Assembly (NCBI RefSeq): GCF_964059045.1
Contig: NZ_OZ060402.1
Location: 540,001 to 572,000, forward strand
From: Candidatus Saccharimonadota bacterium
GTDB taxonomy: Bacteria > Pseudomonadota > Gammaproteobacteria > Enterobacterales > Enterobacteriaceae
Length of the DNA: 32,000 nt
Direction of reading: 5' to 3'
Made by a program: the position numbers and the translations under genes. Every line of letters starts with the position of its first letter. Within the stretch, counting starts at the first letter, position 1. The notes below the pieces were generated by a model. That model ran no database searches and was not told the origin of the DNA. It saw only the letters and a program-made list of their open reading frames with translations. This document shows positions 18,711 through 30,530 of this stretch, piece after piece.

Positions 18711-19172
18711 TTATTTTAAACCTGAAGAACCAAAACCATGAGTTTTTCTTAAACTTGTATGATCATCAAATTTTTTTACTAAATTAAATTCTACATGAAT
18801 CACAGGAAGAAAAACAATTTGTGCTATTCGATCTCCTGGCATAATAGTAAATGCATTCTGACTACGATTCCAAATAGAAACAAACAATTCTCCTTGATAA
18901 TCAGAATCGATTAATCCAACTAAATTCCCTAATACAATTCCATGCTTATGACCTAATCCAGAACGCGGCAAAATCATTGCTGTGATAGATGGATCTAATA
19001 TATGTATAGCTATACCTGTTGGTAATAAATTTGTTTCATTAGGAATAAAAATTTTGTCTTGATGAATACATGCTCTTAGATCTAATCCAGATGATCCATT
19101 AGTTGTATATTGAGGATAAGGAAAATCTTTACCGATACGTGAATCTAATACTATAAAATCAATTTTTTTCAT
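18711..19172 (-). CDS. dut: dUTP pyrophosphatase (dUTPase)
   Basis: 153 aa from the ATG at 19172 ([10 protein letters not shown]..., matching E. coli MKKIDVKILD). Motifs are [42 protein letters not shown] and the C-terminal GFGSSG. The 13-codon N-terminal extension in the ORF track has no homology. Confidence 0.94.
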   Translation of the reverse strand: MKKIDFIVLDSRIGKDFPYPQYTTNGSSGLDLRACIHQDKIFIPNETNLLPTGIAIHILDPSITAMILPRSGLGHKHGIVLGNLVGLIDSDYQGELFVSIWNRSQNAFTIMPGDRIAQIVFLPVIHVEFNLVKKFDDHTSLRKTHGFGSSGLK

Positions 19173-19350
19173 TATAATTTTTATCAAAATAATTATGATT
19201 TCTTTAAACAATCATACACAAATAAAATGATATATCATTAATATTATGAATTAATATTAATTAATATTAAATACTTTTTAATATAAATGCATTGATTTTT
19301 TAATCAATATATTTTTATGTGAAATAATTATATAAATATTATGTTATAAT

Positions 19351-20100
19351 CTATAAAACTGAAGCAATAAAACCAGGATTAAAAATAGATTTTTTAGAAG
19401 ATATTATATAATCTATTTTTTTTTCTGGTATCATACTACGTAAAAATCCACCAGCAGCTGAAATAATAGCATGACCAGCTGCAATATCCCATATTGCAGT
19501 TCGACCAAAACGTGGATATAATTGTATTTTCCCCTCTGCTAATAAACAAAACTTTAACGCAGAACCTAATTTAATTATTTTAGCATTATTAATAGTAGAA
19601 ATATATTTATTTAATTCAATATCATTATGAAAACGACTAATAGCTATAGTAGGAGGATTCTGATCTATAACCATTATTTTTTTTTTTATTCCATCTTTTT
19701 CTTTCCATGATATTCCTTCCCAAGTATAATAAAGAGTATTATACATGGGTGCATATATAAAACCTAAAACAGGTATGCCTTTTTCAATTAGAGCAATATT
19801 TACAGTAAATTCATAATAATTATTTATAAAGTCTTTAGTTCCATCTAAAGGATCAATTAACCAATATTTAGAACAAGATATACAATCTTGAATATCTAAA
19901 TTATTTTCTTCAGATAATATAGGAATGTTTGGAGTTAATCTTTTTAATCCTTTAATAATAATTTTTTCAGAAATATAATCTGCATTAGTTACAAAAGATT
20001 GGTCAATCTTATAAAAAATATTCAAAGAATTTTTTTTTTCATAAATATTTTTTATTTCATGTCCAGCTTGAATAATTAAAAAAGACAATTGTTTTAACAT
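19351..20100 (-). CDS. cysQ: 3'(2'),5'-bisphosphate nucleotidase CysQ (inositol monophosphatase family)
   Basis: 249 aa. The blocks PILSEE, WLIDPLDGTKDF, FTVNIALI, LKFCLLAEG..LYPRFG and WDIAAGHAI are collinear with E. coli CysQ (246 aa). It carries in-frame A11 and A10 coding-strand runs (19677-19687 and 20030-20039). Confidence 0.93.
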   Translation of the reverse strand: MLKQLSFLIIQAGHEIKNIYEKKNSLNIFYKIDQSFVTNADYISEKIIIKGLKRLTPNIPILSEENNLDIQDCISCSKYWLIDPLDGTKDFINNYYEFTVNIALIEKGIPVLGFIYAPMYNTLYYTWEGISWKEKDGIKKKIMVIDQNPPTIAISRFHNDIELNKYISTINNAKIIKLGSALKFCLLAEGKIQLYPRFGRTAIWDIAAGHAIISAAGGFLRSMIPEKKIDYIISSKKSIFNPGFIASVL

Positions 20101-20198
20101 AATTATTCCTTATAATATTAAAATTAATTATTCAATAAATTTATATATAAATTTAAAATTAAAAAAATATTTTAATAAATAAAAAATATATTTTTAAA

Positions 20199-20645
20199 CT
20201 ATGAAACAATATTAATTTTAATCGGAATTAATAATTCAAAATGAGGTTGAAAAATAATTTCATGAATGCCTATATTTTTTAATAATCCATTTGGTAATTT
20301 AATTTCGTTCTTGTTAACAGTAATACCTAAAGAACTAATATGATCAGCAATATCTCGAGAACCAATAGAACCAAATAATTTGCCTTCTTCACCTGACTTA
20401 GCTAAAATATTAATTAAACCGATTTTAATAATTTTTTCAGCCCTTTGTTTTGATAAAGCTAATTGATGATTTTTCTTTGCTTCCATTTGTGTTTTTTTCA
20501 ATTCAAATAATTCAATATTTTTTTTATTTCCTATCATTGCTTTACCTGTAGGAATTAAATAATTACGAGCATAACCAGATTTTACATAAATTAATTCACC
20601 TATTTGACCTAATTTATCTACTTTTTTTAACAGAATTATTTGCAT
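20199..20645 (-). CDS. rplI: 50S ribosomal protein L9
   Basis: 148 aa. The N-terminus MQIILLKKVDKLGQIGELIYVKSGYARNYLIPTGKA matches E. coli L9. It is the last gene of the rpsF-rpsR-rplI cluster. Confidence 0.96.
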   Translation of the reverse strand: MQIILLKKVDKLGQIGELIYVKSGYARNYLIPTGKAMIGNKKNIELFELKKTQMEAKKNHQLALSKQRAEKIIKIGLINILAKSGEEGKLFGSIGSRDIADHISSLGITVNKNEIKLPNGLLKNIGIHEIIFQPHFELLIPIKINIVS

Positions 20646-20683
20646 ATATATACCTATTTATTCTTTTTGATATTTTGTATAAA

Positions 20684-20932
<249 letters not shown>

Positions 20933-20995
20933 TTAATTTAAATATAATTTTATTCAGATTAATCAAAAAACAGTATGTATTGATATATAATTAAT

Positions 20996-21394
20996 TTATA
21001 ATGTAATATTTATTTTATCAGCTGGATTTAATATTGATAAATGATTTAGTTCATCTATTTTTTCTTTTCTTTCATCTTTTGCTTTTAACATAGGAGAAGA
21101 TTCTGATATTGGCTTTTTCATTAATAAAATTAAATTTCTAATAATAGCATCATCGTATCTAAAATTTTTTTCTAATTCTTGCAATACACTAGATTGTACT
21201 TCTATATTCATTAATACATAATGTGCTTTATGTAATTTATTAATAGAATAAGCTAACTGACGCTTTCCCCAATCTTCGAGACGATAGATTTTTCCTTTTT
21301 GATTGGCAATTATCTTTTTGTATTGATCAATCATACTATGTACTTTTTCACTTTGATCAGGATGAATCATGATTAAAATTTCATAATTTCGCAT
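20996..21394 (-). CDS. rpsF: 30S ribosomal protein S6
   Basis: 132 aa from the ATG at 21394 (MRNYEILIMIHPDQSEKV..., matching E. coli MRHYEIVFMVHPDQSEQV). The block LEDWGKRQLAYSINKLHKAHYVLMN is conserved. A GAGGGA SD lies upstream. The ORF-track start at 21412 adds 6 codons with no homology. Confidence 0.96.
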   Translation of the reverse strand: MRNYEILIMIHPDQSEKVHSMIDQYKKIIANQKGKIYRLEDWGKRQLAYSINKLHKAHYVLMNIEVQSSVLQELEKNFRYDDAIIRNLILLMKKPISESSPMLKAKDERKEKIDELNHLSILNPADKINITL

Positions 21395-21687
21395 TATTAA
21401 TGGTTCCCTCAAAAATATTTTTCTATTTTTAATAATATATTAATGATATCTAATTAATGTAAAAATCAATCATAATAGTATATATAAAATATACTAATTA
21501 AATTAAAAATTAAAATATATTTAAAAGTTAAAATTTATTCAGATTTAATGTCTATTATATATTATACATATAATTATTTAAAATAATATTAAAATAATTA
21601 ATATACTATATTAATATACTTATATTATAATATTTTATTTTTCTATTTTTAACATACCTAATATTATTATTTTATAATGTAACAAAA

Positions 21688-23871
21688 TTATCGTAAAAGA
21701 ACTACTTCTATTTTCGATTGCAAAATATGAACAGATTTAATACAAACTTTTAATACATCACCTAAATGATATTTTAATCCTGTTTTTTGACCTACTAAAA
21801 CACATCTTTTAGCATCAAAAATATATTTATCATTATCTAAAGATGCAATATTCAAAACTACATCAATTAAAAATTTTTTCAAACGAATAAAAATATACAT
21901 ATTAGTAATACTAATAATAAATCCATAAAAAGAATGATTAATTTTATTAAACATAAAATCACATTTTAACCAATCAAGCACATCTCGAACAGCCTCATCT
22001 GAACATCTTTCACTTTTTGAACATATCAATCCTAATTTTTTCATTTCTATATTAGTATAATGAAAACTACCTATTAAAGAATTTTTTTTACTAAAGTCAT
22101 TTTTATTTTTTTTTAATAAATATTTTATAGAACGATGCAACAGTAAATCTGAATATCGACGAATAGGTGAAGTAAAATGTGTATAGGAAAATAAAGATAA
22201 TCCAAAATGACCTCGGTTATGAGAATCATATAAAGCCGGTTTCATGGAACGTAGTAAAATTATTTGAATAACATCATAATCTAACCTTTGAGAAGCAATA
22301 TTTAATAATTGATTGTATTGTAAAGCAGTAGGAACAGATTTATCTGGCCAATTTAAATTTAATTCTTTTAATATTACTTTTAATTTATCAATGTTATTAA
22401 TACTAGGAGGATCATGATCTCTAAACAAAGTGGGTTCTTTAAATTTCTTCAAAAATATAGAAGCAACTGAATTTGCAATAATCATACAAAATTCTATTAA
22501 TTTGTGTACATCATTATTATATCGACAATAAATATTTTTAATTTTACCATTTGAATCTAATAAAATTTTAGGTTCAATAATTTTAAATGCAATTCCTGTA
22601 TTAAATTCTTTTGAAGCATATAAAAATTGATGTAATTGTTTTAAACGATTTAATTCAACTAATAAATAATTGTATTTCTGCATTAATAATTTATCACCTT
22701 GCCATATTTTATATACTTCAGAATATGTCATTTTTCCATGAGAACGGATTACAGCTTCATAATGGTGATAAGAAAGTATCTGACCTGTATGAGATAATTG
22801 AACTTCACATATAAAAGCTAATCTATCTAAATTAGGTAATAGAGAACATAAGTTCATAGATAATTTTTCAGGTAACATTGGAATAGTGCAAGAAGGAAAA
22901 TAAATTGAATTTCCTCTTTTTTGAGCTTCTTTATCAATTTCTGTACCTGGTTGAACATAATAACTAACATCAGCAATAGCAATTTTTATATTCCATATCG
23001 AATTATTTATTTGATTACAAAAAATAGCATCATCAAAATCATTTGCATCTTGACTGTCAATGGTAATAAATGGCACTGAACGTAAATCAATGCGGTCTTT
23101 AGTATTAATATTAGATGTTGAAATATTAAAAGATTCTAATTCTTTTATTATATTTTTATTCCAATAGTTTGAAATCTTATACGAACGAACAGCAATTTTA
23201 ATAGCCAACTGAATATTCATAGAATCACCAAGTAATTCTAAAATTTTTCCTAATGCCTCTGTTTGTTGTATTGGACGTCTTAATAATTTTACTGAAACTA
23301 TCGATCCATGTTTAATATTTTTTTCTATTTTATTAACTAATATAACAAAAGCTAAACGATTATCATTTGGAATAACAAAACATCGGTTTTTTTTAAATTC
23401 ACAACGACCTATAATAATATTATTATTAGGTTTTAATATTTTTACTATACGTACTTCTTTTTTGTTTTTTTTGGGAATAAAAAAAACTGATGCTAAAACA
23501 AAATCACCATGAATACATGATTTCATATTTTTGATGGAAATCCAAATATCTTGTTGAAATGTACTAGTTCTTAAAAAACCATAACCATCCCGATGACCTA
23601 TTACTTGACCAGAAACAAGTTTTAATAAATCTGGAACAGTATATAAACCATTAGACATTGATACAATTTTTCCATTTTTTTCCATAGTTTTTAATTTATT
23701 ATTAAAAGCTATTCGATTATTTTTAGTATCAATATTAAAAATTAATTCTAATTTTTTTCTACTGATTAGTTTCTTATGTTCATGTAACCATGAATATATA
23801 AATTCTGAATTAGGTATAATATTTTTTTTTTTACCATCTATTTTAATTTGGCAAAAAGGTACTGCCTTCAT
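21688..23871 (-). CDS. rnr: Ribonuclease R (VacB)
   Basis: 727 aa. The N-terminal cold-shock region has GHRDGYGFLR. RNB catalytic blocks are ITIDSQDANDFDDAIF and HFGL..YTHFTSPIRRYSDLLLHR. A C-terminal S1-like domain is present. The protein is shorter than E. coli RNase R (813 aa) because the basic C-terminal tail is missing. Confidence 0.94.
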   Translation of the reverse strand: MKAVPFCQIKIDGKKKNIIPNSEFIYSWLHEHKKLISRKKLELIFNIDTKNNRIAFNNKLKTMEKNGKIVSMSNGLYTVPDLLKLVSGQVIGHRDGYGFLRTSTFQQDIWISIKNMKSCIHGDFVLASVFFIPKKNKKEVRIVKILKPNNNIIIGRCEFKKNRCFVIPNDNRLAFVILVNKIEKNIKHGSIVSVKLLRRPIQQTEALGKILELLGDSMNIQLAIKIAVRSYKISNYWNKNIIKELESFNISTSNINTKDRIDLRSVPFITIDSQDANDFDDAIFCNQINNSIWNIKIAIADVSYYVQPGTEIDKEAQKRGNSIYFPSCTIPMLPEKLSMNLCSLLPNLDRLAFICEVQLSHTGQILSYHHYEAVIRSHGKMTYSEVYKIWQGDKLLMQKYNYLLVELNRLKQLHQFLYASKEFNTGIAFKIIEPKILLDSNGKIKNIYCRYNNDVHKLIEFCMIIANSVASIFLKKFKEPTLFRDHDPPSINNIDKLKVILKELNLNWPDKSVPTALQYNQLLNIASQRLDYDVIQIILLRSMKPALYDSHNRGHFGLSLFSYTHFTSPIRRYSDLLLHRSIKYLLKKNKNDFSKKNSLIGSFHYTNIEMKKLGLICSKSERCSDEAVRDVLDWLKCDFMFNKINHSFYGFIISITNMYIFIRLKKFLIDVVLNIASLDNDKYIFDAKRCVLVGQKTGLKYHLGDVLKVCIKSVHILQSKIEVVLLR

Positions 23872-24155
23872 ACAAACTCCAATTTAAAAACCATAAACTA
23901 TTTAATTTTAAAATAGTTAATATTTCTATGTTATGTAACATTTTTATATATCAATATTAAAATAATTACTTTGAATAAAAATATGCATAATAATTATTAT
24001 TATTCATATACATTAAAAAATAAAGTTCAATATATAAAATATAAATATATTAAAATTTTAAAAAAATTAAATTTTATGTATAAAATATATAAATAAACAT
24101 TGTATTAAAAAATTATTTTACCATACAAAAATCAATATTAAAAAAAGATCATATT

Positions 24156-25463
<1,308 letters not shown>

Positions 25464-25619
25464 TTATCTTTCTTATATAAAATTATTATTTTATTATATA
25501 CAAAAATATTAATTTTATATATATAAATATATGAGATCCATTGATCAATAAATAATATTTATTTTATAAATTATTTTTAATTATATTCATTAAAATCAAA
25601 ATAAAAATTAAATAATAGA

Positions 25620-26435
25620 TCAAGAAGAAAAAAATATCTGATTAAATTTAAAATTAACAATTTTTTTAAAAAATATTAATTTATTTTTAGCCATTGTTAA
25701 AATTCTAGTAGCTTGAATATGAGTCAATGATTTTATTTTTTCAGCTTCTTCTACACCACTTAAACGATAATAATCAATCATATGATTCAATCTGTTATTC
25801 ATGCTTAATAAAATTGAATTAAAATAACTTTCATTAAAAATTATATTATTAATTCTAATATCTATAATTTGTATTCCTAATATATTTATATCATTATTTT
25901 TAAAAATAAATTTTTGATTAATATTTTTATTTATACATTGTTTTAATTCATTTATTTTTAATGGTAACAAAAATGGTTGTTTTATACTAAATAAAGATAA
26001 TGAATCTAATTTAATATCATTTAAATTTAAATGACTAATAGTATTATATAAAAAATTATTTAAATAATCTTTTAATAATTTTGTTATATTTTTTTTATCT
26101 TTATTAAAACTAAAAGCATAGAATTGATTTAAATTTATAATTTTCCATTTCATACATGCATCAACATATATATTCTTTTGATCCTTAGTTATAAACCATT
26201 TTCCTAAATTATCTGTATTTTGCATTCTAAAATCAAATATTTTTATAGATTCTAAATATGGTATTTTTATATGCAAACCAGGAAAATAAAAAATGATATT
26301 TTGATTATTATCTTTAAGAATTTTACCAAATTGTAATATTACTGCTTTATGACCATCATTAACAATAAATAAAGATGAATATAATAATATAAAAAAAGCA
26401 CAACAAAAAGAAAAAAAAAATTTATTTATGTTCAT
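25620..26435 (-). CDS. hflC: FtsH modulator HflC (SPFH/band-7), shortened and divergent
   Basis: 271 aa versus 334 in E. coli. It has an N-terminal TM segment followed by V.DGHKAVILQFGKILKD...PGLHIKIPYLESIK (E. coli V.EGERGITLRFGKVLRD...PGLHFKIPFIETVK). The C-terminal part is truncated. Confidence 0.85.
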   Translation of the reverse strand: MNINKFFFSFCCAFFILLYSSLFIVNDGHKAVILQFGKILKDNNQNIIFYFPGLHIKIPYLESIKIFDFRMQNTDNLGKWFITKDQKNIYVDACMKWKIINLNQFYAFSFNKDKKNITKLLKDYLNNFLYNTISHLNLNDIKLDSLSLFSIKQPFLLPLKINELKQCINKNINQKFIFKNNDINILGIQIIDIRINNIIFNESYFNSILLSMNNRLNHMIDYYRLSGVEEAEKIKSLTHIQATRILTMAKNKLIFFKKIVNFKFNQIFFSS

Positions 26436-26581
26436 TAAATCCTCTATAAAAATAAAATTATTAAAAAAATAATAAAACTAAAATAATAAAATAACTTTAT
26501 TATTATCAATATAATTTATTATATAAATCTTATTTTATTTCAAAAATTTTAATTTCATTAATATATTATTCATATAATCAA

Positions 26582-27493
26582 TTATTTTTTAATAATATTA
26601 ATTATAGATAATCGATATATTTTATCTTGAATTTCTATTAATTTACGTATTTTATAAGATTCAAATTCTTGTAAAATATTTTTTTCATATTTATAAATTA
26701 TGTCTAATAATCGTTTTGAATACTGCTCTGCATCATAAATACATTTTTTTTTATAAATTTTAGAAATGATCACTGAATTTAAATTCTTATAAATAATTTT
26801 TGGTAATAATATTTTTAAAAAATGTACATCTGTAATTTCAATTCCTAATTTATAAAAATTACTAATATTTTGAATTTTATTTTTTATATCTATTTCTAAA
26901 GATTTAAAATGATTAATAAGCACATCATTCATATTAATATGATTAGACAAATTATTTAATACACTATCTGAAATTTGTTGAATAATATGATCAGGATGAA
27001 CAACAAAAAAATAATATTGAACAGGATTGTTAATTTTATATTCTACTTGCATTTTTGTTTTAATGATATTTTTTTCAATTGTCAATACAATACCTGAAGA
27101 CATAAATTTTTTTATTAAATCCATGTTAATAACATATACTTTATTAATAAATTTAGGCTGCCAAGATAAACCAGGTTCTAATATATAACTAAACTTGCCG
27201 AATTTTACGACCATTGCTTTTTGATTAGATTTAATAAAATAAAAACTGTTAATTACCCAAAAAAAAATAAAAAAAATGCTAATAAAAAATATTAAACCAT
27301 ATAATCTATTATATATTTTCATATTTTTAAAAATATGAATTTTATTTTTATTGAAAAAAACAATAAATAATAATTTTTTAAAATAATTAAATAATATTAA
27401 TTTTATTTTTGTTACTTTTTCATAAAATTTTTTATTCTTTTTATTCCACGGATTTAATTTTGATTGATTATTACTTGGTTTTTTCCAAGGCAT
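26582..27493 (-). CDS. hflK: FtsH modulator HflK (SPFH/band-7), shortened and divergent
   Basis: 303 aa versus 419 in E. coli. The N-terminus MPWKKPSNNQSKLNPW matches E. coli MAWNQPGNNGQDRDPW. After the TM segment, VVKFGKFSYILEPGLSWQPKFINKV matches VTRFGKFSHLVEPGLNWKPTFIDEV. The C-terminus is truncated. Confidence 0.85.
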   Translation of the reverse strand: MPWKKPSNNQSKLNPWNKKNKKFYEKVTKIKLILFNYFKKLLFIVFFNKNKIHIFKNMKIYNRLYGLIFFISIFFIFFWVINSFYFIKSNQKAMVVKFGKFSYILEPGLSWQPKFINKVYVINMDLIKKFMSSGIVLTIEKNIIKTKMQVEYKINNPVQYYFFVVHPDHIIQQISDSVLNNLSNHINMNDVLINHFKSLEIDIKNKIQNISNFYKLGIEITDVHFLKILLPKIIYKNLNSVIISKIYKKKCIYDAEQYSKRLLDIIYKYEKNILQEFESYKIRKLIEIQDKIYRLSIINIIKK

Positions 27494-27853
27494 TTAATAC
27501 TCCATTTATTATGTATATTAATTATAAATTAAGTTATCTAATAAAAAATTAAAATTTATTTTAAAACTATTCTAAAATATATCAAAATAATAAATAAAAT
27601 ATTATTGTTCTTAAATTTTTATTGTAAATTGTAAGAATTTATATTTTTATATAAAATGAAAATATAAATTATTTTAATCATTCATATTAAAAGTTAATAA
27701 ATTAAATTGTTCATATTATTTTTGAATATTAATTCTATTCATGAAAAATATAAATTAAATAAAAAATAATTATTATTGTAACAATTATGTATTGAATCAA
27801 AATATACAATGTGAAATTTTTAATATATTCTGTTATCTATCAAACATATTCCT

Positions 27854-28825
27854 TTATTTATAAAAAAAAAAATTATTTTTAATATATTTAGATATCATCT
27901 TACTAATAATATCTATTGAAAAATCAAAATTCTCACTATTTAAAATAAATAAATTATCCCATTTTTTAGACCAAGTAATTTGTTTTTTGGCTAATTGCCT
28001 AGTTGCACAAATAGATTGAAATATCATATCGTCATAAGAACATTTATTAGATAAATAAGACCACATTTGACGATATCCAACACGTTGCATAGAAGGTAAA
28101 TGAGGATTTAAATCTCCTCTATAAAATAAATTTTTGACTTCTTCTTCAAATCCTATGTCTAACATTTTTTTAAAACGTGCAGAAATTCTATTATGTAATA
28201 CTGTTCTATTAAAAGGCATTACAAAAAACTGTAATACTTTGTATGGAAAACAATAAAAATCTTTTTCACTCTTTAAATATGTTGTTAAATTTTTACCAGA
28301 AACTAAAAAAATTTCAATAACCCGTAATATTTTTTTAATATTATTAGGATGAATTTTCAAAGATGCTTCATTATCTATTTTTTTTAGATATTGGTATAAA
28401 ATAGCATTTTCAACATCTTTAAAATTCTGATAAAGATTTGAACGAATAACATAACTAGTAGAGGGTAATGATGCTAAACCATGTAATAATGATTTATAAT
28501 AAAACATTGTTCCACCTACAAGGACTGGAATCCTTTTATTAAAAACTATTTTATTAATTTCATATAAAGCATTATTTCTAAAATCTTCTACTGAATAAAT
28601 ATCTATAGGATCTCTAATATTAACCAATTTATGAGGATATTTTACTAAATCTTGTGTACTAGGTTTATCAGTGCCAATATTCATATCTCTATATATTAAC
28701 CCTGAATCAACACTAATAATATCTATTGGTAGAATTTTACTTAAATGAAAAACCATTTTAGTTTTTCCACTGGCAGTTGGACCCATAATAAATATTATAA
28801 TTGGTAGAGTTTTTTTTATATTCAT
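27854..28825 (-). CDS. miaA: tRNA dimethylallyltransferase MiaA
   Basis: 323 aa. It has the P-loop IMGPTASGKT, the blocks ISVDSGLIYRDMNIGTDKPS and VGGTMFY, and the C-terminal half is collinear with E. coli MiaA (316 aa). Confidence 0.93.
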   Translation of the reverse strand: MNIKKTLPIIIFIMGPTASGKTKMVFHLSKILPIDIISVDSGLIYRDMNIGTDKPSTQDLVKYPHKLVNIRDPIDIYSVEDFRNNALYEINKIVFNKRIPVLVGGTMFYYKSLLHGLASLPSTSYVIRSNLYQNFKDVENAILYQYLKKIDNEASLKIHPNNIKKILRVIEIFLVSGKNLTTYLKSEKDFYCFPYKVLQFFVMPFNRTVLHNRISARFKKMLDIGFEEEVKNLFYRGDLNPHLPSMQRVGYRQMWSYLSNKCSYDDMIFQSICATRQLAKKQITWSKKWDNLFILNSENFDFSIDIISKMISKYIKNNFFFYK

Positions 28826-29251
28826 ATTGTTTCATAAAATGATGTTAAATTAAAATACATTAAATTTAAAAGTTAAAATTATTTTTATAATTAGATTAAT
28901 CTCTAATTATTTTTATTATTTTTATAACATTTATAATATTTATTTTAATAATTATTGAAAAATTAATACTATAATTAAATTATTTTTATTCTGATTATTT
29001 GTTTAATTTTTTTTTAAAAATTATAAATATTAATTCAATAAAAATCATATTTATTTATAATTATCAAAATTTAAAACAATAATAATCTTAAATAAATCTT
29101 ATTCTTGAATAAAAACTTATTAAATAATATTTTAAAATTATTATATAAATTATAATTAAAAAATATTATTTAATAATAATTATTCAATTTATTTTGAAAT
29201 AATTTAATTTTATTAAATATTTTTATAATCAAAATTATCAAAATAATATAA

Positions 29252-30433
29252 TCAATTTTTATTTAAAAATTTATAATGAATTAAATTATAATATTCCTCA
29301 ACTATTGATAGTACTAATTTATAATTCATATTTATTCCTGAAATTTTGATTAATGCATTAATTAAACCTATTTTTTTAATTAAATTTTGTATATGATGAG
29401 ATTCAATATCCTGATCATCACAATAATGCAAAACAGATGCAACACCAATCGATAAATTTTTATATAAGAAATTATATTCTATATTGCCTAAAATTGGTTT
29501 GAATAATCGTTCATTTCGATTTAATTTTTTTAATGGAAATCTTGCTATTCTTTTTAAATTATCAGATAAGTAAAAATTTGAAAATCTATTTAAAATTGTA
29601 TGAATATATTGATCATGTAAGACGTGATTAAAATTGTAACGTTTAATTAAAACCTGTCCGCTTTCTTTCATAGCATTCAAAACAATATTTCTAATTTTAT
29701 TATCAGATATTGCATTATAAACTGTTTTATATCCAAAAAATAAACCTAAATAGGCAGTAACAGAATGAGCTGTATTTAAAGTAAATAATTTTCTTTCAAT
29801 AAATGAAATTAAATTATTACTGAATTTTAAACCTATAATATTAGGAAAAACACCTTTTATTTGAGTAGAATCAACAATCCATTCATAAAATTCTTCTACT
29901 AATACTAATAATGAACTTTCCATATTAACATTAGACATAGATGGAATAATTCTATCTACTACAGAATCTATAAAATTTACATATTGATGTAAATAACTAT
30001 GATATTGAACAGGTAAAAACCTTAAAACATATTTTTTTAAAACACTAGTACCTCTAGTCATATTTTCACATGCAATAATATATAATATGTTTTTAACTCT
30101 ATTTTTTACACGACATATCACACTTTCAGCAATATTTTCTGCAATACATTCTAATACATGAGATCCTACAGCTGTAGTAATTAAATTCACCTCAGAAAGT
30201 AATGGAATTAATACAGATAAATTTTTACTATTTATAGCTTTTATACCTGAAATAATTTTTTCTTGAAACTTATCTGATTGTATTATTTTAATAGTATATT
30301 TATGATGAAAATTTATAGACTCAACTAAATCTTCATTAATGTCTGAAAAAGTTAAATCAAATCCTGACTCAACTAATTTCTCTCCTATAAATCCACGCCC
30401 AATATTACCAGCACCAAAATGTAATGCTTTCAT
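29252..30433 (-). CDS. mtlD: Mannitol-1-phosphate 5-dehydrogenase
   Basis: 393 aa. The N-terminus MKALHFGAGNIGRGFIG is identical to E. coli MtlD. The blocks IIACENM, VDRIIP and ERKLFTLNTAH are conserved. Confidence 0.95.
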   Translation of the reverse strand: MKALHFGAGNIGRGFIGEKLVESGFDLTFSDINEDLVESINFHHKYTIKIIQSDKFQEKIISGIKAINSKNLSVLIPLLSEVNLITTAVGSHVLECIAENIAESVICRVKNRVKNILYIIACENMTRGTSVLKKYVLRFLPVQYHSYLHQYVNFIDSVVDRIIPSMSNVNMESSLLVLVEEFYEWIVDSTQIKGVFPNIIGLKFSNNLISFIERKLFTLNTAHSVTAYLGLFFGYKTVYNAISDNKIRNIVLNAMKESGQVLIKRYNFNHVLHDQYIHTILNRFSNFYLSDNLKRIARFPLKKLNRNERLFKPILGNIEYNFLYKNLSIGVASVLHYCDDQDIESHHIQNLIKKIGLINALIKISGINMNYKLVLSIVEEYYNLIHYKFLNKN

Positions 30434-30530
30434 AAAATAATTCCGTATTACATTAATTTAAAATTAATTATACTTATTATTAAAAATAACAACAAATACA
30501 TATAATCAATTTAATTTTTTTTATGAATAA

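Noticed and set aside
20136-20155. 20-bp A/T-only palindrome taaatttatatataaattta between rplI and cysQ. Similar short A/T hairpins occur at about 1093-1112, 19291-19308, 23900-23925 and 27645-27680.
   Set aside because: Arms of 7-10 bp made only of A/T are expected by chance several times in about 8 kb of A/T spacer. They would form weak stems and lack U-tracts. I did not call them terminators.
21416-21652. 17-bp direct repeat tatttttctatttttaa at both ends of the rnr-rpsF spacer (21416-21432 and 21636-21652).
   Set aside because: The placement is curious. However, across all spacers in the window about one such 17-mer local match is expected by chance at this composition. There is no associated structure or coding signal.
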